A stretch of 64,000 nt of DNA from Acidimicrobiales bacterium (lineage in GTDB: Bacteria; Actinomycetota; Acidimicrobiia; Acidimicrobiales; CATQHL01). The position numbers and the translations under genes were made by a program. Below, piece after piece: positions 55,018 to 64,000 of the stretch (the first letter of the stretch is position 1; every line of letters begins with the position of its first letter). A model generated the notes under the pieces. That model was given only the letters and a program-made list of their open reading frames with translations, ran no database searches and was not told where the DNA came from. The stretch lies in assembly GCA_965209115.1 (NCBI GenBank), contig CBDBQD010000002.1, positions 1,223,890 through 1,287,889 of the forward strand. The letters run 5' to 3'.

Positions 55018-55348
55018 CGACATTCGCGGGCAGCGGCTCGAATTGCTGGAGTTCGGCTAGCAGACGCTCGAACCGGGGCCTCTCTGACTCGATGAAGTGG
55101 AACACGAACTGCCGATGGCCAAACCGGGAGAACGCCCCGTGTTGCAGGAGCGCTCGTAGCGCGATCACCGGGGACCCTGGCTCGCCGCCCTCGTAGATAC
55201 CCGGTCCGGCAAATCCGTCGATGAAGACGAGCCGTCTCTCTCGTGAGGCCATGATCGGAAACCAGGCACCCAAGTAGTGGCGGAGCAACTCGTGTTTCGC
55301 CTGCGTGTGCGGCTCAATAGGCCAGACCGCTCCACGAGGCGCACTCAC
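55010..55348 (-). pseudogene. N-terminal fragment of a second TcmP-like gene
   Basis: 112 aa: WPIEPHTQAKHELLRHYLGAWFPIMASRERRLVFIDGFAGPGIY..GSPVIAL. It parallels residues ~1-110 of the TcmP at 33815 and ends abruptly against the MmeI fragment. Confidence 0.65.
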
Positions 55349-55482
55349 CGCCGGGCACTCTAGCGGGGCTACTCACCCTTAGCGGTTTTTCATGTCATTC
55401 CATGGAGAACACCGGCCTTGTCAAGATCAGTGCAGCCGGGTCGCCGGGAACGCGCGGTGCGCCGCTCCCGAGGTGGCTGCAC

Positions 55483-55683
55483 CTAGCTGAACACAGTTGA
55501 TCGTGGCCAGCCCGCGACGTAGTCGTCGACCTCCGACCGCCACCACCCGACGGCTGCGCTGCGGACGTCGCCGAGGCGCACTGGCGGTGGATGGTCGTCA
55601 TCCCGCACCCACCGAGACAGCGACGACCTGCCCAGGCCGGTCGCTCTGAGCACCTCGGGCATCCGTCGAACTTGATCAGCCAT
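55483..55683 (-). CDS. AlpA-family helix-turn-helix regulator / excisionase-like protein
   Basis: 66 aa. RMPEVLRATGLGRSSLSRWVRDDDHPPPVRLG.RS.VGWWRSEVDDYV matches the AlpA/Xis HTH pattern. Lies 165 nt from the tRNA-Gly 3' end. Confidence 0.7.
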   Translation of the reverse strand: MADQVRRMPEVLRATGLGRSSLSRWVRDDDHPPPVRLGDVRSAAVGWWRSEVDDYVAGWPRSTVFS

Positions 55684-55847
55684 GGTGATATTGCTTCGTA
55701 GTCAAGGGCTGCAGTGCCGCTCCAAGTGAACCTCCCCGGGTTTGGTGGAGTTCCCAGGGGCTCCTGAAGAGCCCACAGTCGCGCCAGAACAGCGCGCCAA
55801 GCCATGACTGGCCAACACGGCGAGCCGCAATTCGCCAACAGGCGCTG

Positions 55848-55918
55848 AGCGGGCGAGGGGAATCGAACCCCCGTCATCAGCTTGGAAGGCTGAGGTTCTG
55901 CCGTTGAACTACGCCCGC
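55848..55918 (-). tRNA. tRNA-Gly (anticodon TCC)
   Basis: The reverse complement folds by hand: acceptor GCGGGCG/CGCCCGC, D arm GTTC-AACGGCA-GAAC, anticodon stem-loop TCAGC-CTTCCAA-GCTGA, T arm GGGGG-TTCGATT-CCCCT, discriminator T. Total 71 nt. Confidence 0.9.
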
Positions 55919-56075
55919 GGTCATCGATCAGGCTAGCGAGGCCGCGGGCGGTCCCCGGCGGCAACGGCAGCGACCCGGCACCGACAATCCGCGCTGATGC
56001 GACCGGCGGGAGGGCGGTCGGAGGTCCCCGGCGCCCAAAACCGGCGAGTCCGACCGCGCCGGTAGGGTTTTCGCC

Positions 56076-57734
56076 GTGGAGAGCACGCTGGCGCAGGCCG
56101 ACGGCGGCAGGGTCAGGATCTCGATCCACCTCGACCGCCGGGAGATGGAGGCGGCCGAGGAGGCGGCTTACCGCAGGATCGTCCGGCAGGTGCGCCTCCC
56201 CGGGTTCCGGCCCGGTCGGGCGCCGCGCAAGGTGCTGGAAGCCCGCCTAGGGTCCGGATACATCCGCGCCGAGGCGATGCAGGACGCCCTGGGCGACTGC
56301 TACCGGCAGGCGGTGGTCCGCCACGGCGTGGACGTCATCGCCCCGCCCGAGATCGACATCACGGACGGGCGCGACGAGGGTGCGGTGAGCTTCGAGGCGC
56401 TCGTCGAGGTGCGCCCGACAGTCGCTGTGGACGGCTACGACACACTGACCGTGGAGATCCCGAACCCGCTGCCGAGCGACGAGGAGGTCGACGCGGCCGT
56501 CGACAACCTGCTTGTGCAGTTCAGCGAATTGGAGACCGTCGGCCGGCCGGCCGTCGACACCGACCACGTCACCATCGACGTTTTCGGAAGCCAGAACGGC
56601 GTCGAGGTGGAGGGTCTGTCCGTGTCGGACTACACCTACGAGGTCGGGTCGGGCGCCGTCGTTCCCGAGATCGACGAGAACCTGCGCGGGGCCCGCCCCG
56701 GCGACATCCTGGAGTTCAACGCCCGCCACCCCGACGAGTCCGTCGAGGACCTGCTGCGGTTCCGGATCCTCGTCAAGGAGGTGCAGGCCCGGATCCTGCC
56801 GGACTTCGACGACGAGCTGGCGTGCTCGGTCAGCGAATTCGAGACGGCCGCCGAGTTGCGCGACGACCTCGCCGAGCGTCTCGGGGAGGAGAAGCGTGCG
56901 AGGATCAGGATGCTGCTGCGCCAGCGGGTCTCCGAAGCCGTCGCCGGACTCGTCGTGGCCGATGTGCCCGAGACCCTGGTCGCCTCCGAGACCGACCGGC
57001 GTCTGGAGCAGCTGCAGAATGCGCTGGAGGGCCAAAACGGCGACCTCGAGGGTTACCTGGGCGCAAGCGGCCTGACCGAGGAGCAGCTGCGCGCCGAACT
57101 GCGCCGGGATGCCGAGGCGAGCGTGCGGCTCGACCTCGGGCTGCGGGCGGTGGCCGACGCCGAGGCCCTGGAGGTGAGCGAAGCCGATCTGGCCGCTGAG
57201 GCCGACCGCATCGCCGCGCGGGCCGAACTCGACCCCGAGGCGTTCCGCGACGGGCTCGATGAGAGCGGCGGCTGGTCGCAGATGCGCGCCGGCTACCGCA
57301 AGGAACTCGCTCTCCAATGGCTGGTGGGGAGCGTTGCGCTGCGCGACCCCGACGGCGGGAGCATCGCCGGGGAACTGCTGCGGGTGCCGGAGTCGGAGGG
57401 TCTCGCCGCCGTCGCCTCCTCCGACCCCGACGGCGCCGTGACCTTGGACCTCTTCGACGGGGGCCGCGGCGACGATTTCGACGAGGGAGACCTCGAAGGC
57501 GGCGAATTGGACGGCGGCGAACCGGACGGAAGCGGCCCCGGCGACGGTCCGCCCGGCCGCCGGGCACCCGACGCGGGCGATGAGGCCGGTCACGCGGCCG
57601 GCGGCGATGCGCTCGTCGCCGGCGATCACGGCGAGGCGCCGCAGGGCGAGGCTGAGACCGTATCCTCCAGTGAGCAAGACGAGCCCGAGGACGCCCGCCG
57701 CTCGTGGCTGCGTCGCCGCCCAGACAGGCCCTAG
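56076..57734 (+). CDS. tig: trigger factor
   Basis: [19 protein letters not shown] ribosome-binding signature (GFRxGxxP), followed by clpP-clpX. Has a long acidic C-terminal extension. Confidence 0.85.
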   Translation: MESTLAQADGGRVRISIHLDRREMEAAEEAAYRRIVRQVRLPGFRPGRAPRKVLEARLGSGYIRAEAMQDALGDCYRQAVVRHGVDVIAPPEIDITDGRDEGAVSFEALVEVRPTVAVDGYDTLTVEIPNPLPSDEEVDAAVDNLLVQFSELETVGRPAVDTDHVTIDVFGSQNGVEVEGLSVSDYTYEVGSGAVVPEIDENLRGARPGDILEFNARHPDESVEDLLRFRILVKEVQARILPDFDDELACSVSEFETAAELRDDLAERLGEEKRARIRMLLRQRVSEAVAGLVVADVPETLVASETDRRLEQLQNALEGQNGDLEGYLGASGLTEEQLRAELRRDAEASVRLDLGLRAVADAEALEVSEADLAAEADRIAARAELDPEAFRDGLDESGGWSQMRAGYRKELALQWLVGSVALRDPDGGSIAGELLRVPESEGLAAVASSDPDGAVTLDLFDGGRGDDFDEGDLEGGELDGGEPDGSGPGDGPPGRRAPDAGDEAGHAAGGDALVAGDHGEAPQGEAETVSSSEQDEPEDARRSWLRRRPDRP

Positions 57735-57747
57735 GAGTCACCCACCC

Positions 57748-58392
57748 GTGAGCGCACCGCGCAACTATCTCGTGCCGACGGTCATCGAGCAGACGTCCCG
57801 AGGCGAGCGGGCCTTCGACCTCTACTCCCGCCTGCTCAAGGAGCACATCATCTTCCTGGGCACGCCGATCGACGACACCATTGCCAACCTCACCTGCGCC
57901 CAGTTGCTGCACCTCGAGTCGGAGAATCCCGACAAGGACATCAGCCTCTACATCAACTCGCCCGGTGGCGACATCAACGCCCTGTTCGCCGTCTACGACA
58001 CCTTGCAGTACATCCGCCCGGATGTGACGACCATCTGCTTCGGCCAGGCCGCCTCGGCGGCGGCGGTGCTGCTGGCGGCCGGAGCCCCGGGCAAGCGGCT
58101 GGCCCTGCCGCACGCCCGCATCCTCATCCACCAGCCGTACGCCGGGGCGCACGGCCAGGTCTCCGACATCGAGATCGCCAGCCGGGAGATCCAGCGCCTG
58201 AAGACCCAACTCGAGGAGGTCCTCGCCCGCCACACGGGCCAGAGCCTCGAGAAGATCGAGACCGACACAGACCGTGACTACGTTATGACCGCGGCCGAAG
58301 CGCAGGAATATGGGATAATCGACGAGATCATCGAGTCTCGCGGCCTGACCACTGGCGCGGACGGATCGCCGAGGATCAGCGCCGTGCCCTAG
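57748..58392 (+). CDS. clpP: ATP-dependent Clp protease proteolytic subunit
   Basis: GTG 57748 after aggagtca. Reads [27 protein letters not shown], with catalytic contexts GQAASAA and IHQP. Confidence 0.9.
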   Translation: MSAPRNYLVPTVIEQTSRGERAFDLYSRLLKEHIIFLGTPIDDTIANLTCAQLLHLESENPDKDISLYINSPGGDINALFAVYDTLQYIRPDVTTICFGQAASAAAVLLAAGAPGKRLALPHARILIHQPYAGAHGQVSDIEIASREIQRLKTQLEEVLARHTGQSLEKIETDTDRDYVMTAAEAQEYGIIDEIIESRGLTTGADGSPRISAVP

Positions 58393-58454
58393 GAGGTGCG
58401 GAGCCGGGAACCAAACGATCAGCACGATCGGCACGAGCAGCGGGAGGAGGACTG

Positions 58455-59717
58455 TTGGCCAAACTCGGTGAGGGCGAACTCCTCAAGTGCTCCTTCTGCG
58501 GGAAGACCCAGAAGCAGGTCAAGAAGCTCATCGCCGGTCCCGGTGTCTACATCTGCGACGAGTGCATCGATCTCTGCAACGAGATCATCCGCGAGGAGCT
58601 CGAACCGCCCGAGGTCCCGATGGGCGACCTGCCGAAGCCGGCGGAGATCTTCGAGTTCCTGAACGACTACATCGTGGGCCAGGAGCGGGCCAAGAAGATC
58701 CTCTCCGTGGCGGTCTACAACCACTACAAGCGTCTCCAACTGGGCTCGGGCGGCGGCGAGGACGTGGAGCTGGCCAAGTCCAACGTGCTCCTCATCGGCC
58801 CCACGGGTTGCGGCAAGACCCTCATGGCCCAGACCCTGGCGAAGATCCTGAACGTGCCGTTCGCCATCGCCGACGCCACGGTCCTCACCGAGGCCGGCTA
58901 CGTGGGCGAGGACGTCGAGAACATCCTGCTGAAACTCATCCAGGCCGCCGACTACGAGGTGAAGCGGGCCGAGACGGGCATCATCTACATCGACGAGATC
59001 GACAAGATCGCCCGCAAGAACGAGAACCCCTCGATCACCCGGGACGTGTCCGGTGAGGGTGTGCAGCAGGCGCTGCTGAAGATCCTGGAGGGCACCACCG
59101 CCTCGGTGCCGCCCCAGGGAGGGCGCAAACACCCGCATCAGGAACTCATCCAGATCGACACCACCAACATCCTGTTCATCTGCGGCGGGGCGTTCGCCGG
59201 CCTCGACGCGATCGTGGAGAACCGCATCGGCCGCAAGGGCGTGGGATTCGGTGCGGACGTGCGCCCGGTGGAGGAGAAGGACCTCGGCGAGCTCTACAGC
59301 AAGGTCCAGCCGGAGGACCTGCTGCGCTTCGGCATGATCCCCGAGCTGGTCGGGCGGCTGCCGGTGGTGGGCGCCGTGTCGAACCTCGAGCAGGACGCGC
59401 TGGTGCGCATCCTCGTGGAGCCCAGGAACTCCCTCACGAAGCAGTACCACAAGAAGTTCGAGTACGAGAACGTGGAGTTGGAGTTCACCCAGGAGGCTCT
59501 CGAGGCCGTGGCGGAGGTGGCGATGGCCCGGGGCACCGGGGCCCGCGGCCTGCGGGCCGTCATGGAGGAGGTGCTGCTGGACCTCATGTTCGAGCTTCCG
59601 GGGCGCTCGGACATCGAACGTTGCGTCATCGACGACGCCACCGTGCGGGCAAACGCCAACCCCACCCTGGTGCCGCGTCTGCGTCCCGCAGAGGCTTCGA
59701 GGCGCGCTGCTTCCTGA
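58455..59717 (+). CDS. clpX: ATP-dependent Clp protease ATP-binding subunit ClpX
   Basis: TTG start after gggaggagg. Zinc finger CSFCGK...CDECI, Walker A GPTGCGKT, Walker [10 protein letters not shown]. Confidence 0.95.
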   Translation: MAKLGEGELLKCSFCGKTQKQVKKLIAGPGVYICDECIDLCNEIIREELEPPEVPMGDLPKPAEIFEFLNDYIVGQERAKKILSVAVYNHYKRLQLGSGGGEDVELAKSNVLLIGPTGCGKTLMAQTLAKILNVPFAIADATVLTEAGYVGEDVENILLKLIQAADYEVKRAETGIIYIDEIDKIARKNENPSITRDVSGEGVQQALLKILEGTTASVPPQGGRKHPHQELIQIDTTNILFICGGAFAGLDAIVENRIGRKGVGFGADVRPVEEKDLGELYSKVQPEDLLRFGMIPELVGRLPVVGAVSNLEQDALVRILVEPRNSLTKQYHKKFEYENVELEFTQEALEAVAEVAMARGTGARGLRAVMEEVLLDLMFELPGRSDIERCVIDDATVRANANPTLVPRLRPAEASRRAAS

Positions 59718-59798
59718 GCCCGGGCTCACTACAGTCCCGCTCCATCGATTGCGTGAATCGTCTGTTCCACGACGCCGCGGCGCGGTTCCCCGCAGGCC

Positions 59799-61106
59799 AT
59801 GACACTGCGTGATGCCGTGGCGTGGCTCGACCGCCACGTCAACCTGGAGGCCACCGCCGGAAAGGTGCACGGGCTGTCCCTGGACCGGATGCGGTCGCTG
59901 GCGGCGGTGCTGGGGGACCCCCAGCGGGACTTCCCGGCGGTGCACATCACCGGCACCAACGGCAAGGGGTCCACGGCGCACCTGATCAGCCGCCTCTTCG
60001 CGGCGCAGGGCCTGTACGCAGGGACCTACACGAGCCCGCACGTCAGCAGCATCAACGAGCGCATACAGCTGGCGGGCGCTCCCGTGGACGACGACGCGCT
60101 CGCCGGACTGCTCGGTGACGTGCGGCGGGTGGTCGAGGCCGCCGGTGTCGAACCCTCCTGGTTCGAGATCATGACCGGCGCGGCGCTGCGCTGCTTCGCC
60201 GACGCGGCGGTGGACGTGGCCGTCGTGGAGGTGGGCAAGCTGGGTCGCTACGACGCCACCAACGTGGTCGACGGCGACGTGGCGGTGGTCACGAACGTGG
60301 GGGAGGACCACACCGACGGCGGTCCCGGATGGCGGGCGGCGGTTGCGTGGGAGAAGGCCGGCATCGTGAAACCCGGAGCGGTCCTGGTTCTCGGCGAGAC
60401 CGATCCGGCCCTGCGCGAGGTGTTCTGCGAGGTCGGACCCTCCCGGACGTTCCTGCGGGACGAGCACTTCGCCTGTGCCCGCAACGACCTGGCCGTGGGC
60501 GGCAGGCTGCTGGACATCAGCGCCGGCGGGCGCTACGAGGACGTGTTCCTGGAGTTGCACGGCCGGCACCAGGGCGACAACGCGGCGCTGGCGCTGGCAA
60601 CCTGCGAGGCGTTCTTCGACGCCCCGCTTCCCGCCGAGGTCGTGAGCGAGGCGTTCGCCGGCGCCGGGCTGCCGGGGCGCCTGGAGGTCGTCGGGCGGGC
60701 GCCGCTGACCGTGGTCGACGGCGCGCACAACCCCGACGGGGCCTCCGCCGCCCGTATCGCGCTGGAGGAGGACTTCGCCGGCGTGGCCCGCACGCTGATG
60801 GTCATCGGCATGATGCGTGAGCGCGACCCGGAGCGGATGTTCTCCGAGATCGGCGCCGATCGTTGCGATCTCCTCGTCACCACCACCGCTCCGTCGCCCC
60901 GCGGCATCCCGGCGGGAGAACTGGCCCGAATCGCCGGCGAGGCCGGCATCCGCTGCGAGGCCGTCGAGGATCCGGCCGCCGCCGTCCGGTGTGCCCGGGC
61001 GCAGGCGGACGACGGCGACCTGGTCTTCGTGTCGGGCTCGCTCTACGTGGCCGGCGCGGCCCGCAGCGCCGAGACGATCGAGTCGGCCACCACTTGGAGC
61101 TTCTGA
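59799..61106 (+). CDS. folC: bifunctional folylpolyglutamate synthase/dihydrofolate synthase
   Basis: HITGTNGKGST P-loop of the Mur-ligase family, in the actinobacterial folC-ndk context. Confidence 0.85.
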   Translation: MTLRDAVAWLDRHVNLEATAGKVHGLSLDRMRSLAAVLGDPQRDFPAVHITGTNGKGSTAHLISRLFAAQGLYAGTYTSPHVSSINERIQLAGAPVDDDALAGLLGDVRRVVEAAGVEPSWFEIMTGAALRCFADAAVDVAVVEVGKLGRYDATNVVDGDVAVVTNVGEDHTDGGPGWRAAVAWEKAGIVKPGAVLVLGETDPALREVFCEVGPSRTFLRDEHFACARNDLAVGGRLLDISAGGRYEDVFLELHGRHQGDNAALALATCEAFFDAPLPAEVVSEAFAGAGLPGRLEVVGRAPLTVVDGAHNPDGASAARIALEEDFAGVARTLMVIGMMRERDPERMFSEIGADRCDLLVTTTAPSPRGIPAGELARIAGEAGIRCEAVEDPAAAVRCARAQADDGDLVFVSGSLYVAGAARSAETIESATTWSF

Positions 61107-61216
61107 CACCGCCGGAGGTGCCCGGTCGACGACGGAGCACCCGGCACGGCGAGCGGCGCAGGTAGCCTGCATCCTGGTCCCCGGGAGGGTGCCTCGGAGC
61201 GAATCGGAGCGGAACG

Positions 61217-61630
61217 ATGGGTGCAACGCTGGTGCTGTGCAAGCCGGACGCGGTCGAGCGGGGCTTGGTCGGCGAGATCCTGGGCCGGTTCGAGCGCAAG
61301 GGGCTGCGGATCGCCGCGGCCCGGCTCCTCCGGATCGACGCCGACCTGGCGGCACGCCACTACGCCGAGCACGTCGAGCGGCCGTTCTACCCCGAGCTGC
61401 GCGACTTCATCGGCCGCTCGCCGACGCTGGCCCTCGTGCTGGAGGGGCCCGAGGAGACCTACGCCATCGTCCGCACGCTGATGGGCCCGACGAACCCTGC
61501 GGCCGCCCCGCCGGGCACGATCCGCGGCGACTTCGGCCTGGAGGTCACCGAGAACCTCGTGCACGGCAGCGACAGCGAGGCCGCCGCGGCGCGGGAGATC
61601 GCCCTGTTCTTCGGTGACCTGGACGTCTGA
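61217..61630 (+). CDS. ndk: nucleoside-diphosphate kinase
   Basis: TLVLCKPDAVERGLVGEILGRFERKG and NLVHGSDS (catalytic His). Confidence 0.95.
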   Translation: MGATLVLCKPDAVERGLVGEILGRFERKGLRIAAARLLRIDADLAARHYAEHVERPFYPELRDFIGRSPTLALVLEGPEETYAIVRTLMGPTNPAAAPPGTIRGDFGLEVTENLVHGSDSEAAAAREIALFFGDLDV

Positions 61631-61635
61631 GCGCC

Positions 61636-62934
61636 ATGTCACTGCAGGCGCCGCGGGGCACACGCGACATCCTGGCGCCGGAATCCGCCAGGCTCCGCGC
61701 CCTGGTTGACGCCTTCGCCACCTCTGCCGAACTGGGGGGTTACGGCCAGGTCCTCTCACCGATGTTCGAGCAGATCGAGGTCTTCCAGCGTGTGGGTGAG
61801 GCCACCGACATCGTCTCCAAGGAGATGTACGAGTTCCGGGACCCCGGTGACCGGCACCTGGCGCTGCGTCCCGAGTTGACCGCCTCGCTGGCCCGGGCCT
61901 TCGTGCAGCACCGCCCGGCCCTGCCGTGGAAGGCCTGGTACGAGGGCCCGCAGTTCCGCTACGAGAAGCCCCAGGCGGGCCGCTTCCGGCAGTTCAACCA
62001 GGTGGGCGCCGAGCTGTTCGGCAGTGATGATCCCCAAGCCGACGTGGACGTGATCGCACTGGCGTGGCGCTTCTGTACGGGTCTCGGCCTCCGGCAGCTG
62101 CGCCTCGTGGTGAACTCCCTGGGCGACCGCGCCGACCGTGAGTCCTACCTGGCGGCGCTGGCCGCCTACTTCGAGGAGCGGGCGGGGGAGTTGTCGGCGC
62201 AGGGCCGCGAGACGCTGGGCCGCAACCCGCTGCGCCTGCTGGACTCCAAGCGCCCCGCGGACCGGGCCGTCACCTCCGGCGCCCCGGACATCGAGGACTA
62301 CTGGAGCCCGGCGGCGGCCGAGCACTTCGCGGCGGTGCTGGCCGGACTGGAGGCGCTGGGCGTCCCGTTCGAACGCAACCCCCGGCTGGTGCGCGGGCTG
62401 GACTACTACCGGCGCACCGCCTTCGAGCTGGCCTCCGATGCGCTCGACGGTGCCCAGGACGCAGTCGGCGGGGGCGGTCGCTACGACGGTCTGGTTGCCG
62501 ATCTGGGCGGTCCGGAGGTACCGGGCGTGGGGTTCGCACTCGGCGTGGACCGCCTGCTGCTGGCCTGCGACGCCGAGGGCACCTTCCCGGCGCCTCCGGG
62601 TGCGGCGGACGTGTTCGTGGTGGACGTGACCGGCGGTCGACAAGCCACGCTGCTGGCCGAGGAGTTGCGCCGGGCGGGCATCCGGGTGGAGCGGGCCTTC
62701 GACGGCCGCTCCATGAAGGCGCAGATGAAGGCGGCGGACCGTTCCGGGGCGCGCTGGGCGCTGCTGGTCGGTGCCGACGAGTTGGCCGGCGGCGTGGTGT
62801 CGCTGCGCCGGATGCGCGGCCACGCGGCCGCCGAGGCGCCGGAGTCGGTCCAGCGGCGGATCCCCCGTGCCGGCATCGTCGAAGAGTTGGCCCGGCTGCT
62901 GGCCGAAGGTGCCGCAGAGGGGAGCGGGTCGTGA
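61636..62934 (+). CDS. hisS: histidine--tRNA ligase
   Basis: PRGTRD, FRYEKPQAGRFRQFNQ (motif 2) and GGGRYD (motif 3). Confidence 0.95.
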   Translation: MSLQAPRGTRDILAPESARLRALVDAFATSAELGGYGQVLSPMFEQIEVFQRVGEATDIVSKEMYEFRDPGDRHLALRPELTASLARAFVQHRPALPWKAWYEGPQFRYEKPQAGRFRQFNQVGAELFGSDDPQADVDVIALAWRFCTGLGLRQLRLVVNSLGDRADRESYLAALAAYFEERAGELSAQGRETLGRNPLRLLDSKRPADRAVTSGAPDIEDYWSPAAAEHFAAVLAGLEALGVPFERNPRLVRGLDYYRRTAFELASDALDGAQDAVGGGGRYDGLVADLGGPEVPGVGFALGVDRLLLACDAEGTFPAPPGAADVFVVDVTGGRQATLLAEELRRAGIRVERAFDGRSMKAQMKAADRSGARWALLVGADELAGGVVSLRRMRGHAAAEAPESVQRRIPRAGIVEELARLLAEGAAEGSGS

Positions 62935-64000
62935 ACGAGGCGAGAGGCCTGCGGACCGGCTACTGCGGCGAACTCGGCGCCGCCGACGCCGGCAGTCCCG
63001 TTGTCGTCTGCGGTTGGGTGGATCGGCGCCGCACCCACGGCGAGCATCTGGCCTTCCTGGACGTGCGCGACCACACCGGCGTGGTGCAGTGCGTCGTGGA
63101 CGAGCGCATCGACGCCCGCAGCGAGTACGTCGTGCGCGTCGCCGGGGTCGTGAGGGAGCGGCCCGAGGGCACCGCCAACCCGGCGCTGGCCACCGGCGAG
63201 ATCGAGATCGGCGACTGCAGCGTGGAGATTCTCAAGCGGGCCGAGCCGATACCGATCCCGCTGCAGGGCGACGTGGACGAGAACCTGCGCCTGCGCTACC
63301 GCTACCTTGACCTCCGCCGGGCGCGCATGCAGCGCAACCTGCGCATCCGGGCCCGGGTCAACGCCGCCATCCGGGAGGCCATGGACGCGCAGGGATTCGT
63401 GGAGGTCGAGACCCCGATGCTCGTGGCCTCGACCCCCGAGGGGGCGCGCGACTTCGTCGTGCCCTCCCGGCTGCACCCGGGCAACTTCTACGCCCTGCCG
63501 CAGAGCCCGCAGCTCTTCAAGCAGCTGTGCATGGTGGGCGGCCTCGACCGCTACTACCAGATCGCCCGCTGCCTGCGCGACGAGGACCTGCGGGCCGACC
63601 GGCAGTTCGAGTTCATGCAGCTCGACGCCGAGGCCGCCTTCGTGGGCGCGGAGGAGGTCATCGACTTCATCACCACGGCCGTCAGCCACACGGTGGACGT
63701 GGTGACCGGCTCCCCCTTGGGCGAGGTGCCGATCATCACCTGGAACGACGCCATGGACCGCTACGGCAGCGACAAGCCCGACACCCGCTTCGGCATGGAG
63801 TTGGTCGACTGCACCGACCTGTTCGCCGGCACGCAGGCCCGTGTCTTCCAGGTGCCCTGCGTCAAGGGGATCACGGTCGCCGGCGGGGCCGAGATGGGCC
63901 GCAACCGGATCGACGAACTGACAGCGTCGTGCAAACGCTGGGGGGCCAAGGGTCTGGCGTGGTTCCGGCTGGCTGAAGGCGGCGAGGACGGTGCGCCGGC
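62931..64000 (+). CDS. aspS: aspartate--tRNA ligase, partial; continues beyond window end
   Basis: Absent from the ORF track because it is open at the edge. GTG 62931 overlaps the hisS stop (GTGA). Reads FLDVRDHTGVVQ, FYALPQSPQLFKQLCMVGGLDRYYQIARCLRDEDLRADRQFEFMQLD. Confidence 0.9.
   Translation, partial: MNEARGLRTGYCGELGAADAGSPVVVCGWVDRRRTHGEHLAFLDVRDHTGVVQCVVDERIDARSEYVVRVAGVVRERPEGTANPALATGEIEIGDCSVEILKRAEPIPIPLQGDVDENLRLRYRYLDLRRARMQRNLRIRARVNAAIREAMDAQGFVEVETPMLVASTPEGARDFVVPSRLHPGNFYALPQSPQLFKQLCMVGGLDRYYQIARCLRDEDLRADRQFEFMQLDAEAAFVGAEEVIDFITTAVSHTVDVVTGSPLGEVPIITWNDAMDRYGSDKPDTRFGMELVDCTDLFAGTQARVFQVPCVKGITVAGGAEMGRNRIDELTASCKRWGAKGLAWFRLAEGGEDGAP

Noticed and set aside
58419-61355. 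978-aa minus-strand ORF spanning clpX, folC and the start of ndk
   Set aside because: It is antisense to three unambiguous housekeeping genes and its composition is low-complexity Arg/Gly/Pro. Shadow ORF.

Overview
This is a high-GC chromosomal segment of actinobacterial type. That placement is an inference from the tig-clpP-clpX-folC-ndk-hisS-aspS gene order, an F420-type PPOX enzyme, frequent GTG/TTG starts and ATGA/GTGA coupled overlaps. All calls come from reading the sequence and the ORF track; no searches were run.

Five blocks:
1. 1-23.2 kb, catabolic and transport genes: SDRs, nucleoside hydrolase, RraA-like protein, a four-ORF molybdenum hydroxylase set, lactonase, isochorismatase-like hydrolase, a Liv-type ABC transporter, indolepyruvate:ferredoxin oxidoreductase and acyl-CoA dehydrogenase. 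A decayed type II R-M cassette sits inside a decayed polyamine ABC transporter at 4.0-5.9 kb.
2. 23.3-37.5 kb, a composite defence island directly 3' of tRNA-Arg(TCT), with no integrase. It carries an IetAS-like AAA+ ATPase plus S8 protease, a translationally coupled type I R-M operon (hsdR-hsdS-hsdM), an uncharacterised DUF5131 (phage Gp37/Gp68) plus TcmP pair, and a lower-GC ParB-like plus Dam-like methyltransferase pair.
3. 37.7-53.8 kb, core genes: AceE-like E1, glnS, a large secreted repeat protein, an NCS2 permease and others.
4. 53.8-55.9 kb, a decayed integrated element next to tRNA-Gly(TCC): an AlpA-like regulator, a TcmP fragment abutting an MmeI-family N-terminal fragment, and unpaired toxin/antitoxin-like genes.
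5. 56-64 kb, housekeeping genes.

The best candidates for undescribed biology are:
- The DUF5131-TcmP module. Pieces of it occur at three island junctions. A diverged ~200-bp copy of its leader and 5' end brackets the IetAS and type I R-M cassette.
- The ParB-like plus D12-methylase pair.

Many long ORFs in the track are antisense or alternate-frame shadows typical of high-GC DNA and were not called.
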